Shown: one piece after another, positions 32,033 through 42,531 of the stretch
How positions within the stretch are numbered: position 1 is the first letter of the stretch
How the letters are laid out: every line of letters begins with the position of its first letter
DNA from: Alphaproteobacteria bacterium
GTDB taxonomy: Bacteria; Pseudomonadota; Alphaproteobacteria; VGEJ01
Direction of reading: 5' to 3'
Length of the DNA stretch: 64,000 bases
NCBI GenBank assembly: GCA_965219135.1
Contig: CBDCMV010000002.1
Coordinates: forward strand, 737,092-801,091
Notes under the pieces: generated by a model
The model's database searches: none
Told to the model about the DNA's origin: nothing
Seen by the model: only the letters and a program-made list of their open reading frames with translations
Program-made: the position numbers and the translations under genes

Positions 32033-32431
32033 ATGGGCAAATCGATCAAATCCGAGACCGAATGGCGGGCCCAGCTGACGCGCGAGCAATACCGCGTGTG
32101 CCGCGAGGCGGGCACCGAGGCGCCGTTCAGCGGCGCCTATGTCAACGACAAGACGACCGGAACCTACGCCTGCGTGTGCTGCGGGCAGCCGCTTTTCGAC
32201 GCCGCGACCAAGTACGATTCGGGCACCGGCTGGCCGAGCTTTTCGCGCCCTCTGGCCGAAGACGCGGTGGACGCCGCTCCCGACCACAGCCTCGGGCGCA
32301 CCCGTACCGAGGTCACCTGCAGCCGCTGCGATTCGCACCTCGGCCATGTCTTCGACGACGGACCGCCGGAGACCGGCTTGCGCTACTGCATGAACTCGGT
32401 GGCGCTAATACTGGAACCGGACGCAGAATGA
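32033..32431 (+). CDS. msrB: Peptide-methionine (R)-S-oxide reductase
   Basis: 132 aa. SelR domain with CxxC...CxxC zinc site and RYCMNS catalytic motif. Confidence 0.9.
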   Translation: MGKSIKSETEWRAQLTREQYRVCREAGTEAPFSGAYVNDKTTGTYACVCCGQPLFDAATKYDSGTGWPSFSRPLAEDAVDAAPDHSLGRTRTEVTCSRCDSHLGHVFDDGPPETGLRYCMNSVALILEPDAE

Positions 32432-32441
32432 GCGCACCGCC

Positions 32442-32800
32442 ATGAGCGAATTCGTTGCCCTGGCCGAGGCCTCTCGGGTTTCGCCCGGCACCATGCAGCC
32501 CTTCGACCTCTCCGGCCGCGAGATCGTCATCGCCAACGTCGGCGGCGATTACTTCGCGTTCAGCAACAAGTGCACGTGCATCGCCCACTTCGCCGGGCAC
32601 GTCGAGGGATCCAGCGACGACGGCCACAGCCACGTCGGTGATTACGGCCATCTGATCGAGGGCGAACTTAAGGACGGCACCGTCGTGCCCGATTCACACC
32701 ACCGTCTACGACGTCAAGACCGGCGGTCCACTCAAGGGAGACCCGGCGAGATTCCGATCTCGACGTGGCCCCCTGGCGGATGCCGTGGCGGTACTGCCGG
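32442..32800 (+). pseudogene. Rieske [2Fe-2S] ferredoxin-like protein disrupted by a 2-nt deletion in a GTGTG run (about 32682-32692); 3' end uncertain
   Basis: Box 1 CTCIAHF...H in the track ORF. Box 2 (C)PIHTTVYDVKTGGPLKGDPA is only in the +1 frame. Restoring ...GTCGTG[TG]CCCGATT gives ...DGTVVCPIHTTVYD... Confidence 0.45.
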
Positions 32801-32969
32801 CCGGGCGCGGGATCGGCAGTGCGTTGGCCTACCCTCGGCTTCCCCGTGTCGCTCAATCGCCCACGACGCTCGAAGGATCGCTGGCCGGGGTCTTCAATCG
32901 CCTTGAGCCTGTTGCCGTCTTTCCCCGGCGCGCCGCGATATTTCGTAGTCATTGAGTCGCGCCATGAGA

Positions 32970-34387
32970 TCAGTAGCTTGCACTCGCGGAGCGATGCCGG
33001 GTAGTGCCGTTCGGCGAATCGTACGCTTCGCAGGCGAATTCTGCGTGCCAGCCGGAGACGTTCCACATCTTGCCCACGGGCTTGAGGATGATCGCGACCC
33101 CCGTTCCGTGGGTTGCGCACTTATCCAGGCTAACATCGTAGCAAACCGCGAAGCGGAGATCGACGTAGCCGGGGCGGAACCACGTCTGGTCCGGCGACAG
33201 CCTCACGAGTCGGTTCTCGATGTCAGCAAGATGGCGGCCTTCGATTTCCAGCATGTCATAGGGTTGGTAGGTGTACACCCAGCTCGCGCCCTCGCCTTCG
33301 CCTCCGCTCCGCGGAATTCCTTTCCCTCCAGGCCGACCAGCTTGCACAGTGACGGCTGACGCCACACGAAGTACGCCTCCCACGTATCGAGCGCACACAG
33401 CGGGATTCGTGGATCGCCGATGCACGCGCTCGATGCCTCGCCGGTCGAGGCGATGGTCCGTATCTCCGCCGCGCCCGCTGCTGGGAAGCAAGCAACGAAA
33501 GAATCAGGCCCGCCCAGATCCGGAAGATCGAGCGCGGCAACTCGATCTGTGTCATCCGGTGTCTCATTCCATTCCCTACCGAGGCGGGCGCCTGACCTCG
33601 AACGGCCACGGCCACGAGAAGAGGTTGGTCGGATCGACCCGCGGGGACATATGGTGATAGTCGATCTTGGATTGCTCGTACGTTCTCGCCATGATCTGGT
33701 CCATGGTCGACAGCGGCTTGCCCGAGTTCCGCATCTCGAGTGAACGTGGTACGGATTGTCAGGGTAGCGTAGCGTGATGTCCTGCGCCACGCCGATCTGC
33801 GTCTCCCCCGCCCGTACGCGGTCGCCTAGCTTGACCGAAGGGTCGACGTAGTGGAGCCGTGTCACGTGGCCATCGGCGGTGGTGACATCGACGTAGTGGT
33901 AAGTGGGCTCTCCCGCGTTTTTCGCGCCCGGGTACGGCCGGCCGACCATCGTTACGACGCCGTCGACGGTGCTCACCACCGGAGTCCCGGGCGTCGCCTC
34001 GAAATCGATTCCGTTGTGCAACCGCGCGCCGCCATCTCTCGAGGCGTTGAACCAGCGGCCGCCCGCCACATCGGGAGCAATCCGACCGCTCGGTGTTGGA
34101 GACGCGAGCTCTGGCCGCGGTCGGGAGTAACCCTCCCGCACCATGTGCGGCGGCGCCATTAGCGCGGTGTAGCCCGGCCCAAAGGGATTGACGGCATCGT
34201 ATCGCGCACCGCCCGAGCCACCGCTGAGCCGCCCGAACAAATACGGGTTCTCCGCCATGCCGAAGCGCCACGGCGGGTACCGGGTTCCGAACGATGACGT
34301 CGCCACGTCCGGCACGGCGCCGTCGCGTCCCCGTGGCGGCCAGGCCGTATGCCAAGCCTGGTGCTGATACCCGCTCGGCGCAGTCAC
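32970..34387 (-). pseudogene. M23-peptidase-domain protein (N-terminal LytM-like domain plus unknown C-terminal domain), apparently frameshifted at least once (about 33300; possibly also about 33740)
   Basis: 394-aa ORF contains HNGIDFEATPGTPVVSTVDGVVTMVG...GETQIGVAQDITLRYPDNPYHVH (M23 HxxxD/HxH). The distal part (...SWVYTYQPYDMLEIEGRHLADIENRLVRLSPDQTWFRPGYVDLRF...) is in the overlapping 32970..33491 ORF. The track ORF's Arg-rich middle looks like off-frame translation. Confidence 0.45.
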
Positions 34388-34590
34388 GCCGATCGATTAC
34401 CATATAGATGGGATACGGCGCTGCCCGTCGCAAGGTCGTTTATTGGGATCGTGCTACAGGATCTGCCGCTTGGATGCCGCCATCCCGCGTTACGAGTGCC
34501 TCGCGCCATCCGGCGGCCGGGAACGCGGTGACCCCGGGGTGCGGCTGACCGCGGCGGCTCGCGCTGTCTCCGCCCGCCGCAGGCGCGTGC

Positions 34591-35586
34591 CTACAGCACC
34601 GTGGCGTTGACCACCAGGCGCGGCTCGATGGTGCCGTCGAAGACGGCGAGGACGTTCTCGGCGCAGGCCACCGCCATGCGTTCGCGGCACTCCATGCTCA
34701 GGCCGGCGCTGTGCGGGCTCAGGATGACGTTGTCGAGGGCGAGCAGGGGGTTGTCGGCTGGCGGCGGCTCGCTGCCAAAGACGTCGAGCCCGGCGCCGGC
34801 GATGCGGCCCTCGCGCAGCGCCGCCGCCAGCGCCGCCTCGTTGGCCAGTCCGCCGCGGGCGACGTTGATCAATACCGCGCCCGGCTTCATCGCCGCCAAC
34901 TCGTCGGCGCCGATCATGTCCTTGGTCTCCGGCCCCAACGGCATGTGCAGCGTCACGACGTCGGCCTCGACCAGCGCGTCTCGGAAGTCCGCCACCGCGC
35001 GAACGCCCGCGGCCTCGATCGTGGCCGCGTCGATATAGGGATCGTAGGCCAGCACCGTCATGTCGAAGGCCTGGCAACGGGCCGCCACCTGCCGGCCGAT
35101 GCGGCCGAAGCCGAGAATCAGGATCGACTTGCGCCAGAGCTCGGTGATAGGGCTCGAATCGCGCCTGGCGAAATCGCCCGCGCGCACCGCGCGGTCGAGC
35201 GCCGCCCCGTTCTTGGCCAGCGTCAACATCATGAAAAGCGCCTGCTCGGCCACCGGGACGGCGTTGACATCGCCGACGATCGTCAGCGGCACCTTGCGCT
35301 CGTCGAGCGCATCCACGTCCACGTTGTCGTAGCCGACGCCGTGGCGCGAAACCACCTCGAGCATCGACGCCGCCTCGATCAACGGCCGGTCGATGGGAAA
35401 CGTGCGGACAATGACGCCGTGGGCGGCGGCGAGTTCTTCACCCACCCGATCGGCGTCGGGCTCGGCCACCACCACAAGCTCGACATCCTCGCGCGCCTGC
35501 AAAACGCGCAACCCGGCCTCGTGGATCGCGTTGATGACGACGACCTTCTTCACGGCGGCGCGATTAGGACGCGTCGGCCCGGGCAA
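34591..35586 (-). CDS. D-isomer-specific 2-hydroxyacid dehydrogenase (SerA/GhrA-like)
   Basis: 331 aa. NAD-binding GFGRIGRQVA and the catalytic R/E/H pattern of the 2-Hacid_dh family. Confidence 0.85.
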   Translation of the reverse strand: MPGPTRPNRAAVKKVVVINAIHEAGLRVLQAREDVELVVVAEPDADRVGEELAAAHGVIVRTFPIDRPLIEAASMLEVVSRHGVGYDNVDVDALDERKVPLTIVGDVNAVPVAEQALFMMLTLAKNGAALDRAVRAGDFARRDSSPITELWRKSILILGFGRIGRQVAARCQAFDMTVLAYDPYIDAATIEAAGVRAVADFRDALVEADVVTLHMPLGPETKDMIGADELAAMKPGAVLINVARGGLANEAALAAALREGRIAGAGLDVFGSEPPPADNPLLALDNVILSPHSAGLSMECRERMAVACAENVLAVFDGTIEPRLVVNATVL

Positions 35587-35599
35587 GTCAACTCCGGGC

Positions 35600-36562
35600 T
35601 CAGCTCAGTCCGTACGCCCCGGCTCCAGAGGCCGCGCGATGGAACTCGAGCCGCTTGAGATAGTCGAGCGGCTCCTTGGGTTCGACCAGCGCGCCCTGCG
35701 GTGGGTGCAAGGTGTCGTAAACGCGCGTGAGCAAGAAGCGGACGGCGGCGCCGCGCGCCAATCGTGGAAACGCCGCGACTTCCGGCGCCGACAACGCGCG
35801 CACCGATCCGTAGCCGGCAAAGAGTTGCGCGGCCCGTGCGGGATGGAAAACACCGGTGCGGTCGAAGCACCAGGCGTTGAGGCAGATCGCGACGTCGTAG
35901 ACCAGCGCATCCTCGCAGGCGAAGTAGAAATCGATGATCCCGGACAGACGCTCGCCTCGGAAGAAGACATTGTCCGGGAACAGGTCGCCGTGAATGATCC
36001 CCGACGGCAAGTGGCCGGGCCATGCCGATTCCAGCGCCGCGATCTCGGCCTCGATGGTCTCGACCAGGTTCGGCGCGATCTCGTGGGCGCGCCCCGCGGT
36101 CGCCGCCAATAGTGTGCGCCAGCCGGCGACCGACAGGCTGTTGGCCCGGCGCAACGGGTACGAGGCGCCGCTTTTGTGCAGCGCCGCCAACGCCGCCCCC
36201 ACCTGGCGGCAGTGCGGGTCCGAAATGCGATTGACTTGGCGGCCCTCGAGGAACGAGGTGATGGCCGCGGGCCGTCCGCACAACCTGCGCAGCGAACGCC
36301 CGTCGCGCCCGCGTATCGGGACCGGGCAAGCGATGCCATGGGCCGCCAGGTGCTCCATCAATCCGAGGAAGAACGGCAGATCCTCGGCGGCGACACGCTT
36401 TTCGTACAACGTCAACACATAGCGGCCGCTCTCGGTTTGCAGCGTGTAGTTGGTGTTCTCGACACCCTCGAGGATGCCCTCGAACGCGATCACCGGGCCA
36501 AGGTCGTACTCGGCGATGAAATCGTCTAGGTCGCGCCTGGTGATCGGGGTGAATACCGCCAT
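35600..36562 (-). CDS. thrB: Homoserine kinase, type II (APH-fold ThrB)
   Basis: 320 aa. Pseudomonas-type ThrB (...IIHGDLFPDNVFF...). Immediately downstream of thrC. Confidence 0.8.
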   Translation of the reverse strand: MAVFTPITRRDLDDFIAEYDLGPVIAFEGILEGVENTNYTLQTESGRYVLTLYEKRVAAEDLPFFLGLMEHLAAHGIACPVPIRGRDGRSLRRLCGRPAAITSFLEGRQVNRISDPHCRQVGAALAALHKSGASYPLRRANSLSVAGWRTLLAATAGRAHEIAPNLVETIEAEIAALESAWPGHLPSGIIHGDLFPDNVFFRGERLSGIIDFYFACEDALVYDVAICLNAWCFDRTGVFHPARAAQLFAGYGSVRALSAPEVAAFPRLARGAAVRFLLTRVYDTLHPPQGALVEPKEPLDYLKRLEFHRAASGAGAYGLS

Positions 36563-36574
36563 CGCAATCCGGGC

Positions 36575-37981
36575 TCACGCAGTGCTCGAGAGCCTCGCCC
36601 GCGCGCGCACCAGGTCCTTCACCGCCGCGAGGTCGTTCGGCAGCACGCTCAGGTGCTCGGGCCTCTCGAACAGATCGCCGAGGCGCGGCGGCAGTGCCGG
36701 CCGCACCCCGGTTGCCGTGGCCACCGCGTCAGGAAACTTCGCGGGATGCGCGGTGGCCAGCGCAACTACCGGGGTTGCTTCATCCGACTTGATCGCCCGT
36801 GCCGCGGCGATCCCGACCGCGGAATGTGGGTCCACCAACGCGCCGGTCTCGCGATAGATCGCGGCGATCGCCGCGGTGGTCTCGGCGTCGTCCACGCGAT
36901 GGCCGGCGAACACCGCGCGCGCCGCCTCGAGCGGGCCGCCGCCGACGGCCAGCATTCCGTCGCGCCGGGAACGATCCATGATCGCCTTCGCCGCCATCCC
37001 GTCGCGCCCGCAAAGTTCGAACACCAAGCGCTCGATGTTGCTGGGAAGCTGTATGTCCATGCTCGGCGAAAGGCTCGGCACGACCTCGGCGAGCCGAAGC
37101 TCGCCGGAATCGAAGAATCGCACCAGGGCGTCGTTCTGATTTGAGCCGACGATGATTCGGGCGATGCCAAGTCCCATCGCGCGGGCGGCGAAGCCGGCGA
37201 AGGCGTTGCCAAAATTCCCGCTGGGCACCGCGAAGGCGACCCGGGCCTCGGGCGCGCCCAGCGCGAGCGCGGCGTGGAAGTAATAGACGATCTGGGCGAC
37301 GACGCGCGCCCAGTTGATGGAGTTTATGGTCGACAGCCGCATTTTCTCGGCGAAGCGGGAATCGCCGAACATCGCTTTGACCAGCGCCTGGCAGTCGTCG
37401 AAGGTGCCCTCGATGGCGATGTTGTGAATGTTCGCGGCGTCCACGGTCGTCATCTGGCGCCGCTGCACCTCGGATATGCGCCCCCGCGGGTGGAGGATGA
37501 AAACGTCCATACTGGTGCGGTCGCGGCAGGCTTCGATCGCCGCCGAACCGGTGTCGCCCGAGGTGGCGCCGACAATCACCACGCGCTCGGCCCGCCGGTG
37601 CAACGCGCGGTCGAACAAGCGTCCCAGCAATTGCAGCGCAACGTCCTTGAACGCCAGCGTCGGTCCGTGGAAAAGCTCCATGAGCCACAGATCGTCCGCA
37701 AGCTGTTTGAGCGGGGCGACCACCGCATCATCGAAAGCGCGATAGGATTCCTCGATTAAAGCGTGGAGTTCGGCCGCTGGGATACACTCGCTGACGTACG
37801 GAGCGATCACCCGGCCCGCGATCTCGGTGTACGTCAGACCGCGGAGCTCGCCGATGCCGGCAGGCGAAACGCGTGGCCATTCCTCGGGCACGTAAAGGCC
37901 TCCGTCCGGGGCCAGCCCGGACAAGAGCGTGCCGTCGAAATCGCACGCTGACGCGCCGCCTCGTGTGCTGACGTAGCGCAC
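36575..37981 (-). CDS. thrC: Threonine synthase
   Basis: 468 aa. PLP-dependent TS (FHGPTLAFKD lysine motif). Confidence 0.9.
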   Translation of the reverse strand: MRYVSTRGGASACDFDGTLLSGLAPDGGLYVPEEWPRVSPAGIGELRGLTYTEIAGRVIAPYVSECIPAAELHALIEESYRAFDDAVVAPLKQLADDLWLMELFHGPTLAFKDVALQLLGRLFDRALHRRAERVVIVGATSGDTGSAAIEACRDRTSMDVFILHPRGRISEVQRRQMTTVDAANIHNIAIEGTFDDCQALVKAMFGDSRFAEKMRLSTINSINWARVVAQIVYYFHAALALGAPEARVAFAVPSGNFGNAFAGFAARAMGLGIARIIVGSNQNDALVRFFDSGELRLAEVVPSLSPSMDIQLPSNIERLVFELCGRDGMAAKAIMDRSRRDGMLAVGGGPLEAARAVFAGHRVDDAETTAAIAAIYRETGALVDPHSAVGIAAARAIKSDEATPVVALATAHPAKFPDAVATATGVRPALPPRLGDLFERPEHLSVLPNDLAAVKDLVRARARLSSTA

Positions 37982-38100
37982 CCTCCGGAAGCCCCCGTAG
38001 TGGTCGTGGATCGTGGCTATCGTAGCGAGAATCGGATGGACTGCAAACGCGAACTTCGCCAGTCTCGGGCCCCACGAGGCGGGTCAGCGGAGGGAAACGA

Positions 38101-38844
38101 ATGAGCGGGCGGCTGGCGGGAAAGCGGGCGGCAGTCACGGCGGCGGGGCAGGGGATCGGCCGGGCCACCGCCCTTGCCTTTGCCGCCGAAGGCGCGAGTG
38201 TGTGGGCCGCCGATATCAACGACACGACGCTGGCGCGGGTGGCGGCGGAGCATCCCGCCATCACCGCGCATCATCTCGACGTCACCTCAGGCGATCAGGT
38301 CGCGGCGTTCGCCGGCGAGTTGGGCGCGGTCAACGTTTTGTTCAACTGCGTCGGGCTAGTGCACGTAGGCACGATCCTCGATTGTGACGAGGCCGATTGG
38401 GCGCGCTCGTTCGATATCAACGTGACCGCGATGTATCGCCTCGTCCGCGCCTTCCTGCCGGCGATGATCGAGGCCGGCGGCGCCAGCATCGTCAACGTCG
38501 GCTCGGTGGCCTCGAGCGTGAAGGGCGTTCCCAACCGCTTCGCCTATAGCGCCTCAAAGGCGGCGGTGATCGGATTCACCAAGGCGCTAGCGGTCGATTT
38601 CGTCGGCCACGGCGTGCGCTGCAACGTGATCTGCCCCGGCACCGTCCATACGCCCTCGTGGGAAGCGCGTGCCGCCGGTGCGCCCGATCCCGAGCAGGCG
38701 CGCAAGGACTTCATCGCCCGTCAGCCGATGGGTCGCCTTGGGACCGCCGAGGAGGTCGCGGCGCTCGCCGTTTACCTGGCCTCCGACGAATCCTCGTTCA
38801 CCACCGGGGCGGTGCACGTCATCGACGGCGCCATGGCCGCGTAA
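38101..38844 (+). CDS. Short-chain dehydrogenase/reductase
   Basis: 247 aa. TAAGQGIGRA cofactor site and catalytic YSASK. Confidence 0.85.
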   Translation: MSGRLAGKRAAVTAAGQGIGRATALAFAAEGASVWAADINDTTLARVAAEHPAITAHHLDVTSGDQVAAFAGELGAVNVLFNCVGLVHVGTILDCDEADWARSFDINVTAMYRLVRAFLPAMIEAGGASIVNVGSVASSVKGVPNRFAYSASKAAVIGFTKALAVDFVGHGVRCNVICPGTVHTPSWEARAAGAPDPEQARKDFIARQPMGRLGTAEEVAALAVYLASDESSFTTGAVHVIDGAMAA

Positions 38845-38847
38845 GCG

Positions 38848-39168
38848 TTGGGACGTGCTATAGTCGCCAATCCCTGGCAAACCTTCGCCCGCGTGGCGCT
38901 GCCGCTCTCGGTGCCGGCGGTCGCGGCGTTCACGATCTTCCAGTTCATGTGGGTGTGGAACGACCTGCTGGTGGCGCTGGTGATCATGAACAACCCCGAA
39001 TCCCAGCCGATGACGGTGCGCATCCAGGCGCTGTTGGGTACCTACGCCACCGAGTGGCACATCATGAGCTCGGCCGCGTTTATCTCGATGGCCGTGCCCT
39101 TGATCGTCTTCTTCTCGCTGCAACGCTTCTTCATCACCGGTATCACCGCCGGTGCGGTCAAGGGCTGA
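38848..39168 (+). pseudogene. C-terminal about 105 aa stub of a CUT1 ABC permease (UgpE/MalG-like); the 5' four-fifths of the gene and its partners are missing
   Basis: ...FTIFQFMWVWNDLLVALVIMNNPESQPMTVRIQAL...AAFISMAVPLIVFFSLQRFFITGITAGAVKG* is the last two TM helices of a MalG-type permease. It starts 4 nt after the SDR stop and ends 10 nt before the UgpC-like ATPase. Confidence 0.6.
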
Positions 39169-39178
39169 GGGGGGCTGT

Positions 39179-40276
39179 ATGGTCGACGTCGTTCTCAAGG
39201 GAATCCGCAAGTCCTTCGGCAAGGTCGATGTCATCAAGGGCGTCGATTTCACCGTCGAGGACCGCGAGTTCGCGGTGTTTGTGGGACCCTCGGGCTGCGG
39301 CAAGACCACGCTCTTGCGACTTGTCGCGGGGCTCGAGGACATCACTTCGGGCGAACTCTCGATCGACGGCCAGCTGGTCAACGATCGCTCGCCGGTCAAG
39401 CGCGGCGTCGCGATGGTCTTCCAATCCTATGCGCTCTACCCGCACATGTCGGTGTACGGGAACATGTCGTTCGGGCTCAAGCTTGCCAAGATGCCGCGCG
39501 ATGAGATCGATCGCCGGGTTCGCCATGCCGCCGAGATCTTGCAAATGGGCGACCTTCTCGAGCGCAAGCCCAAAGAGCTTTCGGGCGGTCAGCGCCAGCG
39601 AGTGGCCATCGGCCGCGCCATCGTTCGCGAGCCCAAGGTGTTCTTGTTCGACGAGCCGCTATCGAACCTGGATGCCGCGCTCCGCGTGCAGATGCGCATC
39701 CAAATCACCAAGCTGCACGAAGATCTTGAGGCGACCATGATTTACGTCACCCACGACCAGGTCGAGGCGATGACGCTGGCCGACAAGATCGTGGTGTTGA
39801 ACGCCGGCAACGTCGAACAGGTGGGGCCGCCGCTCGAGCTTTATCGCCGGCCGCGCAATCTCTTCGTCGCCGGTTTCATTGGCTCGCCCAAGATGAACTT
39901 CCTCCACGGCACCGTCGCCGCCCTACAAGAACGGGTCGCGACGGTCCGTCTTGCCGGCGGCGCCGAGGTCGCTGTGGCAACCACGGGCAACGGCATCCAG
40001 GCCGGGGCCGAGGTGACGCTCGGCGTGCGGCCCGAACACATGGTCGAGGGCGGCGACGGTGGTGCCGAGATCCGCGGTCAGGTCGAGGTGATCGAACGCC
40101 TGGGCGACGAGAGCTATCTCTACGTTCAACTCGGCGAACACGGTAGCGTGGTGGTCCGCGGCGAGGGCGATACGCCGGCCAAGAAGGGCGAGACGATCGC
40201 CATCGGTCTGCCGGCCGCGGCGTGCCATCTCTTCGACGCCGCCGGCTTGGCCATCGATCGCGCCGCCCAGGATTGA
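39179..40276 (+). CDS. ABC transporter ATP-binding protein, CUT1 family (UgpC/MalK-like, with C-terminal TOBE domain)
   Basis: 365 aa from [14 protein letters not shown]. Walker [25 protein letters not shown]-terminal transport-associated OB domain. Confidence 0.85.
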   Translation: MVDVVLKGIRKSFGKVDVIKGVDFTVEDREFAVFVGPSGCGKTTLLRLVAGLEDITSGELSIDGQLVNDRSPVKRGVAMVFQSYALYPHMSVYGNMSFGLKLAKMPRDEIDRRVRHAAEILQMGDLLERKPKELSGGQRQRVAIGRAIVREPKVFLFDEPLSNLDAALRVQMRIQITKLHEDLEATMIYVTHDQVEAMTLADKIVVLNAGNVEQVGPPLELYRRPRNLFVAGFIGSPKMNFLHGTVAALQERVATVRLAGGAEVAVATTGNGIQAGAEVTLGVRPEHMVEGGDGGAEIRGQVEVIERLGDESYLYVQLGEHGSVVVRGEGDTPAKKGETIAIGLPAAACHLFDAAGLAIDRAAQD

Positions 40277-40338
40277 CGCCCCCGGCTGTACCATCGACAA
40301 TGGCGCCGCGCGCGAGGGAACGACGCCCGAGGATCGAC

Positions 40339-41115
40339 ATGGCCGATACGCCGCTCATCGAGATGCGCAACATCTACAAGAGCTTCGGCGGCATTCACGC
40401 CGTCGAGGACGTGTCCGTTGAGGTCGCGCCGGGGGAGGTGCTGGGTATAGTCGGTCACAACGGCGCCGGCAAATCGACGCTCGTCAAAATGCTGTCGGGC
40501 GCCTACCAGATGGATAGCGGCGAGATCTATGTCAACGGCGAACGGGTGACGATCAACACGCCTCGCGATGCGCGCCAGTATGGGATCGAAACCCTGTATC
40601 AGCATCTAGCGCTCGCCGATAACCTCGATTCGGCCGCCAACCTGTTCCTCGGCCGGGAAATCCTCACCCGATACGGCACCCTCGACAACGACGCGATGCA
40701 CAGCGCGACGCGCGGGGTGATCGACCGCATCAACCCGAACTTCCGCACGCTCAAGGAACCGGTTCTCAATCTCTCGGGCGGCCAGCGCCAGTCGATTGCC
40801 ATCGGTCGCGCGCTCTACTTCAACGCCAAATTCCTCATCATGGACGAGCCGACCGCAGCGCTCGGGCACCGTGAAAGTGCGATGTTCAAGGAACTGGTCC
40901 TGCGCCTGAAGTCCGAAGGCATCGGTATGTTCATGATCAGCCACGACATTCATGACGTTTTCGACATCTCCGATCGCATCACGGTGATGACCAACGGCCG
41001 CCTGGTCGGCACCCGCGCCACCGCCCAGGTGACCAAGGATCAGGTGCTCGGCATGATCATCCTGGGCAAGCAGCCCGAGGATGAGACCGCCGAGGACATC
41101 GCCCAGCTGCACTGA
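40339..41115 (+). CDS. ABC transporter ATP-binding protein, single-NBD CUT2 type (FrcA-like); orphan, with no permease or binding protein adjacent
   Basis: 258 aa from [18 protein letters not shown]. Walker [25 protein letters not shown], Walker [11 protein letters not shown]. Confidence 0.8.
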   Translation: MADTPLIEMRNIYKSFGGIHAVEDVSVEVAPGEVLGIVGHNGAGKSTLVKMLSGAYQMDSGEIYVNGERVTINTPRDARQYGIETLYQHLALADNLDSAANLFLGREILTRYGTLDNDAMHSATRGVIDRINPNFRTLKEPVLNLSGGQRQSIAIGRALYFNAKFLIMDEPTAALGHRESAMFKELVLRLKSEGIGMFMISHDIHDVFDISDRITVMTNGRLVGTRATAQVTKDQVLGMIILGKQPEDETAEDIAQLH

Positions 41116-41146
41116 TCGCTCCCCGCGACGGGGTGGGCGTCAACTC

Positions 41147-41761
41147 GTGACCAGCTCGCCGCCCGCGCAACGGGCCTCCGCGCTCGAGGTTTCGATCGGT
41201 CGGCAGGTGCGCCTCTTTCGCAAGAAGCTCGACATGACCGTCGCCGAACTCGCGCGCCAGGCTGGCCTTTCGGCGGGCATGCTCTCCAAGGTGGAGAACG
41301 GGCGTACCTCGGGGCGTACCTCGCCTTCGTTGGCGACCCTGCACGCGTTGTCGGCCGCGCTCAACGTCCCGGTGACCGCTTTCTTCCGCCGCTTCGAGGA
41401 ACAGCGGGCCGCGACCCACGTGCAAGCGGGCCAAGGTCTCAAGATCGATCGCCGCGGCACCCGAAGCGGTCACGAGTACCGGCTCTTGGGCCATTCGTTC
41501 GCCAAGTCCGTGACCATGGAACCTCACATCGTCACGTTGACCGAGCCGTCCGAGGTCTTCCCGCTCTTTCAGCATGCCGGAACTGAGTTGATCTACATGC
41601 TGGAGGGCGAAATGGAGTACCGCCACGCCGGCGCGGTCTACCGGCTGGCCGCCGGCGATTCGCTCTACTTCGACGGAGAGGCGCCGCACGGGCCCGAGAA
41701 TCTCCTCAACCTACCGATCCGCTTTCTCTCGGTGATCGCTTACGCTCCGGCCAGCCCATGA
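41147..41761 (+). CDS. XRE-family HTH plus cupin-domain transcriptional regulator
   Basis: GTG start. HTH_XRE (IGRQVRLFRKKLDMTVAELARQAGLSAGMLSKVENG) then cupin (...LIYMLEGEMEYR...GDSLYFDGEAPHG). Confidence 0.7.
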   Translation: MTSSPPAQRASALEVSIGRQVRLFRKKLDMTVAELARQAGLSAGMLSKVENGRTSGRTSPSLATLHALSAALNVPVTAFFRRFEEQRAATHVQAGQGLKIDRRGTRSGHEYRLLGHSFAKSVTMEPHIVTLTEPSEVFPLFQHAGTELIYMLEGEMEYRHAGAVYRLAAGDSLYFDGEAPHGPENLLNLPIRFLSVIAYAPASP

Positions 41762-42531
41762 CGCCGCTGCCCCGATTCGATTCCAACTGGGCGTTGTTTC
41801 TCGATTTCGACGGCACACTGGCCGAGATCGCCGATGCGCCCGAACGGGTTCAGGTCGAGGCCCGCCTCGGGCCCAGCCTGCGCGCGATGCACGAGGCGCT
41901 GTGCGGCGCCGTCGCCATCATCAGCGGCCGGCCCATTGCCGAGATCGATGACTTTCTCGATCCGCTGGTTCTGCCCGTGGCGGGACTACACGGGCTGGAG
42001 CGGCGCGCGCCCGACGGCTCGATCGTGCGCGAGGAGCGGCGGGATGGTGCGCTAACGGCAGCGCGCCACGGGCTCGACGCGCTCGCCCGCACCGTTCCCG
42101 GTATTCGGATCGAGGACAAGCACCTCACTATCACGGTGCACTACCGGGCCGCGCCGCAGGCCGCCGAGATCTGCCGCCGCGCCGTCGAACAGGTTGTACG
42201 GGGTGGCGACGGCGGTCTGCAGGCGCTCGAGGGCAAGATGGTTCTCGAGGTCAAGCCGCGAGGGACGGACAAGGGCACGGCGATCGCGGCTTATCTGGCG
42301 GAACCCCCGTTCACCGGGCGCACGGCGGTCTTCGTCGGCGACGATGCATCCGATGAGGACGGTTTCGAAACGGTCAGCCGCATGAGTGGCCGGACCATCC
42401 GTGTGGGTGACGGCGCGCGGACCGCGGCCCGCCAACGGGTGCCCGCCGTCAGCGACGTGCTGAATTGGTTGGATGGCCTGTCGGCGGTGGCGGGCGAGAC
42501 CATGAATCGGAGGCACCGCGATGGCCGATGA
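41758..42531 (+). CDS. otsB: Trehalose-6-phosphate phosphatase
   Basis: 257 aa. HAD-IIB motifs FLDFDGTL...GDDASDE. Confidence 0.85.
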   Translation: MTPLPRFDSNWALFLDFDGTLAEIADAPERVQVEARLGPSLRAMHEALCGAVAIISGRPIAEIDDFLDPLVLPVAGLHGLERRAPDGSIVREERRDGALTAARHGLDALARTVPGIRIEDKHLTITVHYRAAPQAAEICRRAVEQVVRGGDGGLQALEGKMVLEVKPRGTDKGTAIAAYLAEPPFTGRTAVFVGDDASDEDGFETVSRMSGRTIRVGDGARTAARQRVPAVSDVLNWLDGLSAVAGETMNRRHRDGR

